A DNA stretch of 38,710 bases from a virus. Taxonomy: Duplodnaviria > Caudoviricetes. Positions 18,230 through 27,686 of the stretch are shown here, in pieces. The stretch lies in the IMG/VR virus record IMGVR_UViG_3300031260_000128, positions 1 through 38,710 of that record; one strand, written 5' to 3'. Position 1 is the stretch's first letter; each line of letters begins with the position of its first letter. A model generated the notes under the pieces. It ran no database searches and had not been told where the DNA came from. It worked only from the letters and a program-made list of their open reading frames with translations. A program made the position numbers and the translations under genes.

Positions 18230-18353
18230 TCTCGGCGCTATTCATTTGGTTCCAGCGGCTCACCGCCAGGGTGTGCCAGTGCTGCAGTTCATCCAGGGTA
18301 AAGGCCGCCATTTCGCTGGGCGGCCAGTGAAAGATGATGGCAATATCCGCCAT
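18216..18353 (-). CDS. E': gpE' frameshift extension (absent from the ORF track)
   Basis: -1 frame reads MADIAIIFHWPPSEMAAFTLDELQHWHTLAVSRW; stop at 18216. Confidence 0.9.
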   Translation of the reverse strand: MADIAIIFHWPPSEMAAFTLDELQHWHTLAVSRWNQMNSAENADE

Positions 18354-18361
18354 CAGGTCAT

Positions 18362-18655
18362 CTACGCATCCGGGGAGCTGGGTTCCCGCAGCTGCTTCGG
18401 CAACAAAAAATTGGCGACAGCGCCCCCTAACAGCAGCAGGTCTTCCGGCTCCAACTGGCGCGCTTCGTCTTTGGTGAGCATCGGACTGGAGATACGTGGC
18501 AGTAGTACCGTGAGGGAATTGACATCCATGTTGAGAATGTCATTGAGGTTCAGGCCGCGCAGTTCGCCGGCTTTGGGTTTGCGCAGGGTAATATCGGTAA
18601 TTTGTGTATCACCGCGCGAAATAGGGTTGTCGAGCGTGACGGTTTCAGTGCTCAT
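18362..18655 (-). CDS. E: Tail assembly chaperone gpE
   Basis: ITLRKPKAGELRGLNL, LLPRISSPMLT. Confidence 0.93.
   Translation of the reverse strand: MSTETVTLDNPISRGDTQITDITLRKPKAGELRGLNLNDILNMDVNSLTVLLPRISSPMLTKDEARQLEPEDLLLLGGAVANFLLPKQLREPSSPDA
18404..18410 (-). other. Programmed -1 frameshift slippery site TTTTTTG
   Basis: AAT TTT TTG in E, the same T6G site as P2; the -1 frame is open into E'. Confidence 0.88.
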
Positions 18656-18679
18656 GGGATTTCCTCAAAGGTAAACGCT

Positions 18680-18711
18680 AAAAAATCCCCATGCCCAAGG
18701 CGGGCACGGGT
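18680..18711 (-). terminator. Intrinsic terminator-like hairpin between FII and E
   Basis: CCCGTGCCC-GCCTT-GGGCATGGG followed by GATTTTTT on the minus strand. Confidence 0.65.
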
Positions 18712-18720
18712 CGGGAACAA

Positions 18721-19239
18721 TCAGAGGCCAATGGCTTTGCGGTGCTCGGCCATGCGGTCAACACCATCCGGGCCGATTTCAATCATGTTGATGACATCGA
18801 TTTCATGCAGCACCTGACCATCCAGTACCTCTTTGTAATAGGTGCAGCTCATGCTGGCTTTGGAGGTACTGTTTTCACCATTCTTGAAGGTGCCACGGTC
18901 AATCTCCTTGAAGCGGCCGCGGCAGACGATTTCAACGGTGGACACGTCGCCGGTGTCATCGCGCTGGAATGACCCGGCAAAGCGCAGCGGTACGCCATCA
19001 ATCTTGCTGGCTCCCTGGCGCTTGGTGATGGCTTCACTATAGCCAGCGAACACAAACTCGATATCCAGGGCCGCATCATCCAGCCCCATGTCGATATTGG
19101 CGGCGCCGGGCATGCCGCCACCGCGATAGGGGTCAAACTTGCGGGTCAGCTTGGCCGGGGTGAATTCTTCTGCTTCACCAACCCAGCTTTCGCCATCAAT
19201 AAACACGTTGAGGTGTTTTAACTTACGGGGTAATGCCAT
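18721..19239 (-). CDS. FII: Major tail tube protein
   Basis: MALPRKLKHLN, YRGGGMPG, FAGSFQRDDTG. Confidence 0.97.
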   Translation of the reverse strand: MALPRKLKHLNVFIDGESWVGEAEEFTPAKLTRKFDPYRGGGMPGAANIDMGLDDAALDIEFVFAGYSEAITKRQGASKIDGVPLRFAGSFQRDDTGDVSTVEIVCRGRFKEIDRGTFKNGENSTSKASMSCTYYKEVLDGQVLHEIDVINMIEIGPDGVDRMAEHRKAIGL

Positions 19240-19248
19240 GGGAATTCC

Positions 19249-20421
19249 TTATGCCGCTGCCACGGCGGCAGCAAAATCGGCCAGATAGGTGTCAGTAATG
19301 CGCTGCTGGAAGGTCAAATCTTCCAGTGGCGGTACCGGCGTGTAGTCATAATCGATATACAGCTTGCCCGCCTTGAGGGTGGCGGCTTCGTTGAGGTCTT
19401 CGTTGTACCAGGCGCTGCCATCGACAATGTAGCCCTGGCCCTTGAGTTCGCGGAACTTGGCATTGACGCCTTCGATAATGTCTTTCACCAGTGTGGGTGT
19501 CAGCGGTTTATCGATGGCCCACAGGTGCGCATCGGCCACGGTGTCGGCCAGTACCTGCGCGGTGCGGGTGTAGTTTTCAAAGGCAAACAGCGGATCTTCG
19601 GTGCAGGTGCGTGAGCCCCAGAAGCGAAAGCCGTCCTGCCGGATGAGGGTGGTGATATCGTGACTGTTGAGGTACCCGGCATCGGTATCGGGGTCCTGCA
19701 AGTCCCAGAATACCTGCCTGGAAATACCGGTGACATTCGGTACGGTGACGTTGGACAGCGTCTTGTGCCAGCCCACGGTCTTATCAATGTAAGCGCGTAA
19801 GCCCAGGGCATAGGCGGTTGCCGGCACGGCGCTGCTTTGTGCGGTATCGGTGTTGAACTCGATAAACTCCGGCCAGATCAGCATCAGTTCGCGGTCGCCA
19901 AAGTTCTCGCGGTAAGCGGCCACCGCTTCTTTGGTGGCGCAGTCATGCGCGTAGGCGTAGACAAAGGCGCGCAGTTTCTTGGCAACGGCACACAAGGCCG
20001 TGGTCACTGGCAGGGTATCGAGTCCTGGCACCCCCAGAATACGGGGTTTCACGCCAAGTTGTGACTGTGCTGCCAGCAGCGCCTGTATACCGGTGTACTG
20101 GCCGTCTTCGGTGACGGTACCAATCACGTTGGCAGAGGTTTCGGCGTCATCGGCACCACTGGCAACCCGCACCACGACGACGAGCGTGTTCACCACATTG
20201 GTGATAGCGGTCAGCGCCTGTTTCAAGGTGCCGGTTTTACCGGCCTTGCCAATGGCATTTTTCGGGGTGGTCAGCAGCACCGGTTGGTTCAGCGGAAATT
20301 GGTCAACATCAGCGTCATCGCCAGTGGCGACAATCCCAATCACCGATGTGGCAACAGTTCGGATGGTGCGGGTGCCTTCGTTGATTTCAACGACACGCAC
20401 ACCATGGTGGTAATCAGACAT
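19249..20421 (-). CDS. FI: Tail sheath protein
   Basis: MSDYHHGVRVVEIN, GFRFWGSRTC, YDYTPVPPLEDL. Confidence 0.97.
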   Translation of the reverse strand: MSDYHHGVRVVEINEGTRTIRTVATSVIGIVATGDDADVDQFPLNQPVLLTTPKNAIGKAGKTGTLKQALTAITNVVNTLVVVVRVASGADDAETSANVIGTVTEDGQYTGIQALLAAQSQLGVKPRILGVPGLDTLPVTTALCAVAKKLRAFVYAYAHDCATKEAVAAYRENFGDRELMLIWPEFIEFNTDTAQSSAVPATAYALGLRAYIDKTVGWHKTLSNVTVPNVTGISRQVFWDLQDPDTDAGYLNSHDITTLIRQDGFRFWGSRTCTEDPLFAFENYTRTAQVLADTVADAHLWAIDKPLTPTLVKDIIEGVNAKFRELKGQGYIVDGSAWYNEDLNEAATLKAGKLYIDYDYTPVPPLEDLTFQQRITDTYLADFAAAVAAA

Positions 20422-20533
20422 AAAGTGGGCTCCATGAGGTTTGCAAACTCAGCATTACCAGCGTTAGCTTGCAAACCCATCAGGAGCCTGGCAAAGGCTT
20501 GAGGGGGTGACTCACGCGGGGTAATGGACGGCG

Positions 20534-22630
20534 TTAACTCACCGTGTATTTGTAACCATAAATGCGGTGTACCTTGGCGTTTTCCGAGGTGGTGACAAAG
20601 GTCTGGTTGTTGCTGCTGAAATAGCCCCGGAAACGAATGCCATCAGACTGTAACAGGCACACATCCAGTCCCAGCGACCTCACCGCATTGAGCATGTCGG
20701 TGGGCAGAAAGCTCATGGCTGCATAGGAGCTGTCATCACCGCCGGCAATTACCACCAACCCATCAAAACTGGAATACGGCGCGGACAGGGTGAAGTTCCC
20801 CTGCGCAACGGCAGAACCCAATAGCAGGGTAAAGGTCATCTTACCGGTGTGGCTATGGGCCGAGGGGGTGAAACTTGACGGTTTGCTGCTGACTTCATTC
20901 CAGGACGGCCAACGACTGGCGGTGGCGGGAATACCGGACACCTGACTCCAGCTGTGGCTGTGCGAGGATGCCGCAGCACCCACATCGGCGGCCGTCAAGG
21001 AGATATCGGCAGTCAAGGGCTTGCCGTTCACCTTGCGGGCGGTCGGGACATAGTCGTGCGTGTGGGCCGCCGGTGGGAAGGTGGCGGGCTTGCTGCTCAC
21101 TTCACTCCAGGCGGGCCAGCGGCTGGCAGTGACCGGGATATTGGCTACCTGACTCCAGCTATGGGTATGTGTGGCGGGTGCGGCGCCGACTTCTGCGTAG
21201 CTGGGCTTGTGCCCGGTGTGGTAGATCTCGTTAAACTGGCCCCAGGTGCTGGCGTCATACGTCTGCTGTCTGAAGCCGATGCGACCCGCGCCCGATTTGT
21301 CCATGCACAGCAGGTTGGACACCTTTACATCGGTGCCGCTGTAAGCTGAGATCCACAGGCAATCACTCCAGCTTATACCTGGAACACCCCCCAGACCATT
21401 ATTGCCATTGCCCAGCATCTGGTAGCGCAGTTTGCCCGAGCCAAAGAAGGACGGCGCCGCCAGTCCCCCGGAAACATAGTTGTTACCACCCAATTCCGTG
21501 TGACTGTGCCCGGCTGGGGGAAAGCTGGCAGGTTTGCTGCTCACTTCACTCCAGGACGGCCAGCGACTGGCAGTGGCAGGGATACCGGACACCTGACTCC
21601 AGCTGTGGCTGTGTGTGGTGGGCGCAGCGCCTACATCGGCGGCATTCAGTGACACATGGCCGGTACGGCCATTCACCGAGGAGACCGCATCGGTGTTATC
21701 CACCTTGTCCCATTGGCTGCCATTGGAAATGAGCCAGTCGCCTAGCTCGAAGGTAAGGCCAAACTGGCTGCCAGCCACTTTGACAATGTAGTAGTCGCCT
21801 TTCTTGGCGGGCACGCTGGGCAGCGCTGGCACGTTATTGGCTGCATCCCACACGCCTTTATATTCGACCTGACCTAGTACCGAATCGTTGATCTGATTGA
21901 GCGGGATTTTGGCGTTGGCATCCAGGGTTGCCACGCCGCCGGCTACCCCGCGGCTGGCCTGCTGCACATAGCGGGCATCGAGCTGGCTGTTATTGCGCAC
22001 CTGCTCGTTACCGGTGCCGGCATAGCGATAGCCCGCCACCGCATGATTGCCCCAGTGCCAGGCGGCATTCCAGTGGGCCACGTCTTCCAGACCGCTGTCA
22101 GCAAACCGCAGGTTAATCATCTGGGTTACGCGCGCACTGTGGACGGCCAGGTGGCGGTCATCCAGAGGTGAACTGTCCTGTGTCAGTTGCAGCAGCCCCG
22201 GTACGGATTCAGTGCCTGGTGGCAGCATGAAGCTGGTATCGCCGGTGATGTTGATAAGCGCAGCATCGGCAGCGGCCAGCTTGATATCCACCGCCAGCAA
22301 GGCCACGGCGCTCGGAGTTTTCTCCAGAATGACTTCCGGCTGTGAATACACCGCGAACAGGGTGTCATCATCGCTATAGAGGCCAAAGGCGATTAACTGG
22401 TAAGCATCATTGGATTCATCACGGATAGTCACATGCAGCGTGTCATCATCGACCAGTTCGCCGGCAAAGGTGTCCAGGCGTTTGATTTCCTTTGGCAGCG
22501 TTGTGACGTCGGGGGTGGCGTCAAAGGCGGTTTCACTCAGGCCAATCGCGGTAATGGTGATGGCGTTGGTGCCGGTATTCTGGGCGTTGATAAGGGCGGC
22601 GCGGCCCGCCGCGGTGATGGTGAGGTTCAT
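20534..22630 (-). CDS. H: Tail fibre protein with HxH repeats
   Basis: N-terminal ITAAGRAALINA baseplate anchor; VSSVNG/RKVNGKPLTADISLTAADVGA fibre motifs. Confidence 0.9.
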   Translation of the reverse strand: MNLTITAAGRAALINAQNTGTNAITITAIGLSETAFDATPDVTTLPKEIKRLDTFAGELVDDDTLHVTIRDESNDAYQLIAFGLYSDDDTLFAVYSQPEVILEKTPSAVALLAVDIKLAAADAALINITGDTSFMLPPGTESVPGLLQLTQDSSPLDDRHLAVHSARVTQMINLRFADSGLEDVAHWNAAWHWGNHAVAGYRYAGTGNEQVRNNSQLDARYVQQASRGVAGGVATLDANAKIPLNQINDSVLGQVEYKGVWDAANNVPALPSVPAKKGDYYIVKVAGSQFGLTFELGDWLISNGSQWDKVDNTDAVSSVNGRTGHVSLNAADVGAAPTTHSHSWSQVSGIPATASRWPSWSEVSSKPASFPPAGHSHTELGGNNYVSGGLAAPSFFGSGKLRYQMLGNGNNGLGGVPGISWSDCLWISAYSGTDVKVSNLLCMDKSGAGRIGFRQQTYDASTWGQFNEIYHTGHKPSYAEVGAAPATHTHSWSQVANIPVTASRWPAWSEVSSKPATFPPAAHTHDYVPTARKVNGKPLTADISLTAADVGAAASSHSHSWSQVSGIPATASRWPSWNEVSSKPSSFTPSAHSHTGKMTFTLLLGSAVAQGNFTLSAPYSSFDGLVVIAGGDDSSYAAMSFLPTDMLNAVRSLGLDVCLLQSDGIRFRGYFSSNNQTFVTTSENAKVHRIYGYKYTVS
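20880..21613 (-). repeat. Three ~83-bp imperfect direct repeats in the tail fibre gene
   Basis: About 20880-20962, 21087-21170 and 21531-21613, each encoding H(S/T)HSWSQV..IP.TASRWP.W.EVSSKP. Confidence 0.9.
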
Positions 22631-23157
22631 ACAGCTAACTCCAAGCGGGTGTAATTGGCGGCGCGCACCGCGCCGGCCAGCAATAAACGGGTGTCGGCAG
22701 TCAATGAAGCCTGGACGGTCATGTATGAGCGCGCCGGTTTCACCCGCGTCACTTCATCAATGATGTCCTGCTGAAACTGGGCGGTAATGCTGGCGCCGTC
22801 CATTTCCGGGGCGTTAATGGTGATATCAAAGTGATGGGGCGCGCCTTCACGGCTTTCCCGCAGTGCCAGTGCCGCCCCAAAGGACTCCACCACGGTACGC
22901 ACCGATTGGGCGGTACCCTGGCGGCGTTTGGTTTCAATAGCGCTACGCAGGATGCTGCGGCGCACGGACTCCGGCCAGTAGGACTTCCAGGTGGTCACCC
23001 CAAGAGACCAGGCGAGCCAAGGTAATAAGGCCACCGGGCAGGTGTCGGGGTTCCATATCTCCCGCAGCGGGGTCGGCAGTTCGGTGGCGCGCAGCAACAC
23101 GGTTTCCAGATGACGCTCAAGCGCAGTGGCATTGGGCGGTAATAGCGAATGACTCAT
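22627..23157 (-). CDS. I: Tail protein gpI
   Basis: SLLPPNATALER, WNPDTCPVALLPWLAWSLGV. Confidence 0.95.
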   Translation of the reverse strand: MSHSLLPPNATALERHLETVLLRATELPTPLREIWNPDTCPVALLPWLAWSLGVTTWKSYWPESVRRSILRSAIETKRRQGTAQSVRTVVESFGAALALRESREGAPHHFDITINAPEMDGASITAQFQQDIIDEVTRVKPARSYMTVQASLTADTRLLLAGAVRAANYTRLELAV

Positions 23158-24146
23158 TGCGCGATGCCTCCATAGACCACCTGAATGTCGTCACAGAAGG
23201 CCGCCTGATTGATACTGCAATGCACATCCGCGGCAGGTGAGCGCAGCTCAACCCGCTGCACACCGCCCACATGCAGCGCTGCATATAACCCGGACAGGGT
23301 GACACTGCGCCCGAGGCGGCGGTTATCATTGATGTAGGCTTTTACTGCGGTAATGGCGGACGATACCACCACCGTAGGATCGGGTCCTGCGAAGGTATAG
23401 AGCTGCGCATCCACGCGGTAATTCACAATCGTGGCACTGCGGGTATAGACGTTGTCCGTCAATGGCCGCAAGTCTTCGCCTGACAGGCGCGTGTTGACCG
23501 TATCAACCAACTCGCTGCTGGGCTCCCCGTTACCTTCACGCGATAACACGGTCACCGCCACATCGCCCGGCCGAGGATGGGGCAGCCCCGCATCATAAGT
23601 ACACTGCAGCACCATGACGTTACTGGGCAACTGTTCCGCCAATGCCTCCGGCAGGGTGTAGGTGGTGAACTGTGGACTTTCCACGCTGGCATCCAGCACC
23701 CGGCCATCGGCACTGAGCGCATGATAGATATAGGCGCGCGCGGGCCCGGCCACCGATAAGCCATCCAGTGACAGCAGGATACGCTGGCGGAAGGGTTCAT
23801 CTTCTTCATAGGTCGGCGGAATGGGCGTGGCGGCGGTGGGGTCGCCTGCATCAATCACCAGGCGTTTGACCCCAAGCAGGGCGGCGAGGTTATCCAGATC
23901 GGCATCGAGCGCATAGGCCAGCATGACCGCCTTGGCGGCTTCGTTGACGCGCTGGCGCAGCAGCATTTCCCGGTAGCTGACAATCTGCAGCAGCTTGTTG
24001 AGCGGCTCGGAGTCAAGCGCCAGCACCTCACTCAGGCTCGGGTCGAGGCCGATTAAGGCTGATGTCATCTCGCTGAGGATGGTCTCATAATCAATGGCTT
24101 CAATAATGTTGGGAGATGGCAGCTGGTTTAAATTGATGACACTCAT
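23154..24146 (-). CDS. J: Baseplate wedge protein gpJ
   Basis: LRQRVNEAAKAVMLAYA, GLSVAGPARAYIYHALSADGRV. Confidence 0.95.
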   Translation of the reverse strand: MSVINLNQLPSPNIIEAIDYETILSEMTSALIGLDPSLSEVLALDSEPLNKLLQIVSYREMLLRQRVNEAAKAVMLAYALDADLDNLAALLGVKRLVIDAGDPTAATPIPPTYEEDEPFRQRILLSLDGLSVAGPARAYIYHALSADGRVLDASVESPQFTTYTLPEALAEQLPSNVMVLQCTYDAGLPHPRPGDVAVTVLSREGNGEPSSELVDTVNTRLSGEDLRPLTDNVYTRSATIVNYRVDAQLYTFAGPDPTVVVSSAITAVKAYINDNRRLGRSVTLSGLYAALHVGGVQRVELRSPAADVHCSINQAAFCDDIQVVYGGIAQ

Positions 24147-24186
24147 GATGTAGCCCTATTGGTACTTGGCAGTGCGGTGGCCACAC

Positions 24187-24516
24187 TTACCCGTAATTCA
24201 CTTGGTACTGCTCATTGCTCTGGGTGTCGCTGCGCTGTACTTCCAGCGTGATAATGAGCTTGCCATCCAGGGCGCTGTTGCCCAGAGTAACGGCGGTAAT
24301 ACGCACCCGGGGTTCCCATTGGGTGAGCGCATCAACAATTGCCGCCATCAGGCGCAAGCGGGTGGCACCATGCTGTGGCTGGTCGATTAACTCAAACAGC
24401 GCTGAGCCGTAGTTGCGGCGCATCACCCGGCTACCAATGGGCGTACACAGAATGTCGCGGATGCTCTGGGCAATATGGTCGCGGGTACTGAGGCGCTGGC
24501 CGGTGGTCACATTCAC
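24187..24516 (-). CDS. W: Baseplate protein gpW (gp25-like)
   Basis: HIAQSIRDILCTPIGSRVMRRNYGS, WEPRV. Confidence 0.95.
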   Translation of the reverse strand: MNVTTGQRLSTRDHIAQSIRDILCTPIGSRVMRRNYGSALFELIDQPQHGATRLRLMAAIVDALTQWEPRVRITAVTLGNSALDGKLIITLEVQRSDTQSNEQYQVNYG

Positions 24517-25121
24517 TGTGGGCCTCCAGAAGTGCCGTTGCCGGTGTCCACGCCGCCATGTTTATGGGTACCGAAGTTAATGCCATCAATGCTGATACCG
24601 CCCTGATTGGTCATCTGGCCCTGATGGTCAATCGCGCCTTTAACCGATACGCCTTGGTTAACCGTGAGCTTTTTGGCGATAGAGACATTGCCCGTAAAGT
24701 CGGCGTTGGGGGTATCGATGGTGACCTTTTCGGACGCTTGCACCCGGGCGGTGTTGATACCCTTGGCGGTGAGGGCACCAACTTCGGGGTCATACTCAAT
24801 CACCGCACCATCGGGGTAAACAGTGCGGTGGCGGGTCGGGTGGTCGTCAGGTTCGGGCAGCGCATCGCAATACAGCGCTGGCAACACATAGGCGTTGGTG
24901 ACATCGCCCGAAAGCGACAGCAGCAACACCTGCTCACCTTTGGTTGGGCGCCAACTGCTGCGGGCAGTGCCTGAACGCTGGGTGAGATACGGCCGCCAAT
25001 CAGTCAGCAGTTCACCGGATTTTACCCGGCACTCACCCGCCCGGACGGCTTCAACAGTGCCCAGGCGCAGCAGGTTATCAATACGCCGACGTAAGTCAGC
25101 AATAAGCGTGATGGCATTCAT
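24513..25121 (-). CDS. V: Baseplate spike gpV
   Basis: NLLRLGTV, YPDGAVIEYD, C-terminal HKH iron-binding motif; start at 25121 or 25130. Confidence 0.95.
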   Translation of the reverse strand: MNAITLIADLRRRIDNLLRLGTVEAVRAGECRVKSGELLTDWRPYLTQRSGTARSSWRPTKGEQVLLLSLSGDVTNAYVLPALYCDALPEPDDHPTRHRTVYPDGAVIEYDPEVGALTAKGINTARVQASEKVTIDTPNADFTGNVSIAKKLTVNQGVSVKGAIDHQGQMTNQGGISIDGINFGTHKHGGVDTGNGTSGGPQ

Positions 25122-25380
25122 GGCCATCATGGTCGAGGGAGTAAATCAGTGAGGCAAGTGGTTGTGGGGGTGACTGAAAAAGATCTAACACTTGCGTTGT
25201 TTGCTCATTTTGTCAAAGTTTTGCTTTTTCGTGATGAGAACCGTTTGAGCTTTAAAGATATATAGTGCTAACTTACTGACAAGGCTAAGTTATTTTATTA
25301 CCTCATGTCTTTGACTTTGAAGGCTTAGTGGAGTCTTAATGCGAAGTTTGGGTAATTCACTATGATGTTGCAAAGAACGT

Positions 25381-26178
25381 ATGAATAACTATCTACAAAT
25401 TCTGATGAAAGTGCTAGAAAAAATACCTTTTCTGGAATTTAGAAAACGTATGTGGGGATTTATTAAAAACCCAACGATTGATAATAGCTATGCTTCTATC
25501 ACCCAGCTCCAGCATTCTGGAATTGATATATTCAATGCCCTTGGTTTTTTGTCAATAGTTTGTGTGTTTTTGGCGTTGTTCGAGCAATCTTGGACCGTAT
25601 TTAAAGTAGTATCTGTTTTTAACCCCTTGTATATGATCGGTGTGCATATTGGAAATGGAGTTGTGTACTCGTTCACTCTATCCTCGATTTTTACTATTTG
25701 GTACTGCTTGAAGGTAGGTAATGTTAATCACTACAAAGATATTTCATACAAGATCTTTGCTCATGGATTGCGTATTTATGCTTTGTATGGCTTATTGTTA
25801 GGACTTTTATTTATAAAAAGTTACGGTGATTTTCTGCTTAACGGTATATGTCCTAAGCAATCATTTTCCCATTTGGGTTGGGCTACTTATATAGTGGTGG
25901 CCTTAGTATGGTGGCCTTTTAGGTTGCTAGTTAACCCAATATACAAACTAATGGCGTTTAATAATCACAAAAAAATTGCTTGGTTACTTGCTGTATTGAT
26001 TTGTTTCACCAGTTTTCAACCATTAAAAATTATTTTGATAGGTAGTAGTGATAGGCTAGTTAATTATGAACAGCAGTGTAAAATATTTAAATCAGGTACC
26101 TTTTACAAAGGTATGGAAAGAAGCAGAAAAGAAAAAGCTGAAAACTATTTTTGTAACGCTACTCACAAGGGAGAGTAG
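25381..26178 (+). CDS. AT-rich cargo: multi-pass membrane protein
   Basis: About five hydrophobic segments; opposite strand to flanking tail genes. Confidence 0.75.
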   Translation: MNNYLQILMKVLEKIPFLEFRKRMWGFIKNPTIDNSYASITQLQHSGIDIFNALGFLSIVCVFLALFEQSWTVFKVVSVFNPLYMIGVHIGNGVVYSFTLSSIFTIWYCLKVGNVNHYKDISYKIFAHGLRIYALYGLLLGLLFIKSYGDFLLNGICPKQSFSHLGWATYIVVALVWWPFRLLVNPIYKLMAFNNHKKIAWLLAVLICFTSFQPLKIILIGSSDRLVNYEQQCKIFKSGTFYKGMERSRKEKAENYFCNATHKGE

Positions 26179-26234
26179 TAACCTGCAGCCTAAAAGACAC
26201 CATTGAACTCAGACACTGGGAGCCTTGATTAAGC

Positions 26235-26720
26235 ATGGAGCAATTTGACCGAGTAGAAAGATATTTGAACAAAATTAGAAACGTATATTCTGGTGAAAAT
26301 CAAATATTTTGGAAAGATCGAAAGATGGTGGAGGATGATATTCTTTCATTTTTCATCCACTGCCATCATCTGCAAGATTGGATTTTAACTCTCAACAGAG
26401 TTGGTGTGTCTCAGACTGAATTAAAAGGATTTATAGAAAAACATGATTCGTTAAAACTATGTGCTGACATAGCTAATAGGTCTAAGCACTGTAGACTAAC
26501 AAAGAAGCAGTGGTCTAATGCTAAGCCGCATTTAGCTGGTCGTCAGTACACTAGCAACGGGGATGCAGACTCTCCAGGTATAAAAGGTAAGTTCACTATT
26601 ATTACTAGGAATAAAATTGTTGATGTACTTGAACTTGCTGAAACGTGTTGGAAACTGTGGCTTGAATTTAGTGCAGAATTAGAAACAAAGTTCATATGCG
26701 ACAATCAAAAACAGGCTTAA
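26235..26720 (+). CDS. AT-rich cargo: possible divergent HEPN-like protein
   Basis: FFIHCHHLQDW and LCADIANRSKH motifs. Confidence 0.55.
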   Translation: MEQFDRVERYLNKIRNVYSGENQIFWKDRKMVEDDILSFFIHCHHLQDWILTLNRVGVSQTELKGFIEKHDSLKLCADIANRSKHCRLTKKQWSNAKPHLAGRQYTSNGDADSPGIKGKFTIITRNKIVDVLELAETCWKLWLEFSAELETKFICDNQKQA

Positions 26721-26787
26721 AAACTAGCTAGCCGTAACCTTAAGCTTAGTAGCCTATGATCGGGTATCCTCGTTTCCAATCTGTAAG

Positions 26788-27237
26788 TTATTTTATTGGA
26801 GAATTCAGCCAATCCAGCAGCAGTTCTTCCACTGCTGCTAGTTCTTCTTTGGTAAAGCCCAGCAGCTCGCGCTGTGGATATTGCACCTCGATATAACCTT
26901 TTAATCTTCCACGTAAACCGTATTGGTGTTCGCGTACCATGCGGCTGATGGTCGGCGTAAAGCTGACGGTGGCGGCGTTGGGCGTGGCCTGCTGCTTAAG
27001 CCATTTAGTGCGCACCAGCTTCTGAAACATTAATCTGCGTTTGATGTGCCCCGGCTGTGGTTTGCGTGGGGTGTAGGCGCTGCCGTCCGGGTTTTTGTTG
27101 GCCTTGATGCGTTGCGCCTGAGACTTGCGCAGGGTGACGGCGATCTGTTTGGCAAGTTGCTTACGCGCCTGTGGCGATAGCGCCTCAATCAGTCCGTCAA
27201 ACGGGTCGTTAAGATGGCTTAAGCTGTCGGCGGCCAT
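26788..27237 (-). CDS. S: Tail completion protein gpS
   Basis: RIKANKNPDGSAYTPRK, HQYG, YPQRELLGF. Confidence 0.93.
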   Translation of the reverse strand: MAADSLSHLNDPFDGLIEALSPQARKQLAKQIAVTLRKSQAQRIKANKNPDGSAYTPRKPQPGHIKRRLMFQKLVRTKWLKQQATPNAATVSFTPTISRMVREHQYGLRGRLKGYIEVQYPQRELLGFTKEELAAVEELLLDWLNSPIK

Positions 27238-27686
27238 GGGGTCAGTTCCTGATTGACGTACAGGGTGTAATCGCCGGTTTCATCAAACTGTGGCTCCGGC
27301 AGATGTTCGGCGGTGAGTTGGCCGTCTTGTGTGCTCACTTTCACCCGCTCGGTGAGTGCCAGCGTGATTTCGATATCGCAGGTGGTGTGATTAATCAGCT
27401 CGGCCCGAAACTTAAAACCATTGGCGCGTTTATCGGGATTGCTTAAAAGTTCTGGCTGCTCGGTCGCCAGCCAGCCCAAAATCGGCACAATCAAGGTATC
27501 GGCATGGGCGCGGTAATCGGTCACCACAATGATGCAGTTGAACTGGTACTCATAACTGAGATTACCCTTGGCGGCGGTGGCGATGATGTTGCCGTTCTCG
27601 ACAAAGATATGCAGCGCCTCGGGATGATGGCGCAGATGCGGTACCGCTTGGCTCAGCAGCTCGCGCAGTTGCTGCGGTTTATTCAT
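27219..27686 (-). CDS. R: Tail completion protein gpR
   Basis: MNKPQQLRELL, PEALHIFVENG, LALTERVKV. Confidence 0.93.
   Translation of the reverse strand: MNKPQQLRELLSQAVPHLRHHPEALHIFVENGNIIATAAKGNLSYEYQFNCIIVVTDYRAHADTLIVPILGWLATEQPELLSNPDKRANGFKFRAELINHTTCDIEITLALTERVKVSTQDGQLTAEHLPEPQFDETGDYTLYVNQELTPWPPTA

Noticed and set aside
20880-21613. Fibre repeats as a DGR template/variable pair or CRISPR array
   Set aside because: No reverse transcriptase or cas gene; the repeats are in-frame coding and differences are mostly synonymous, not adenine-specific.
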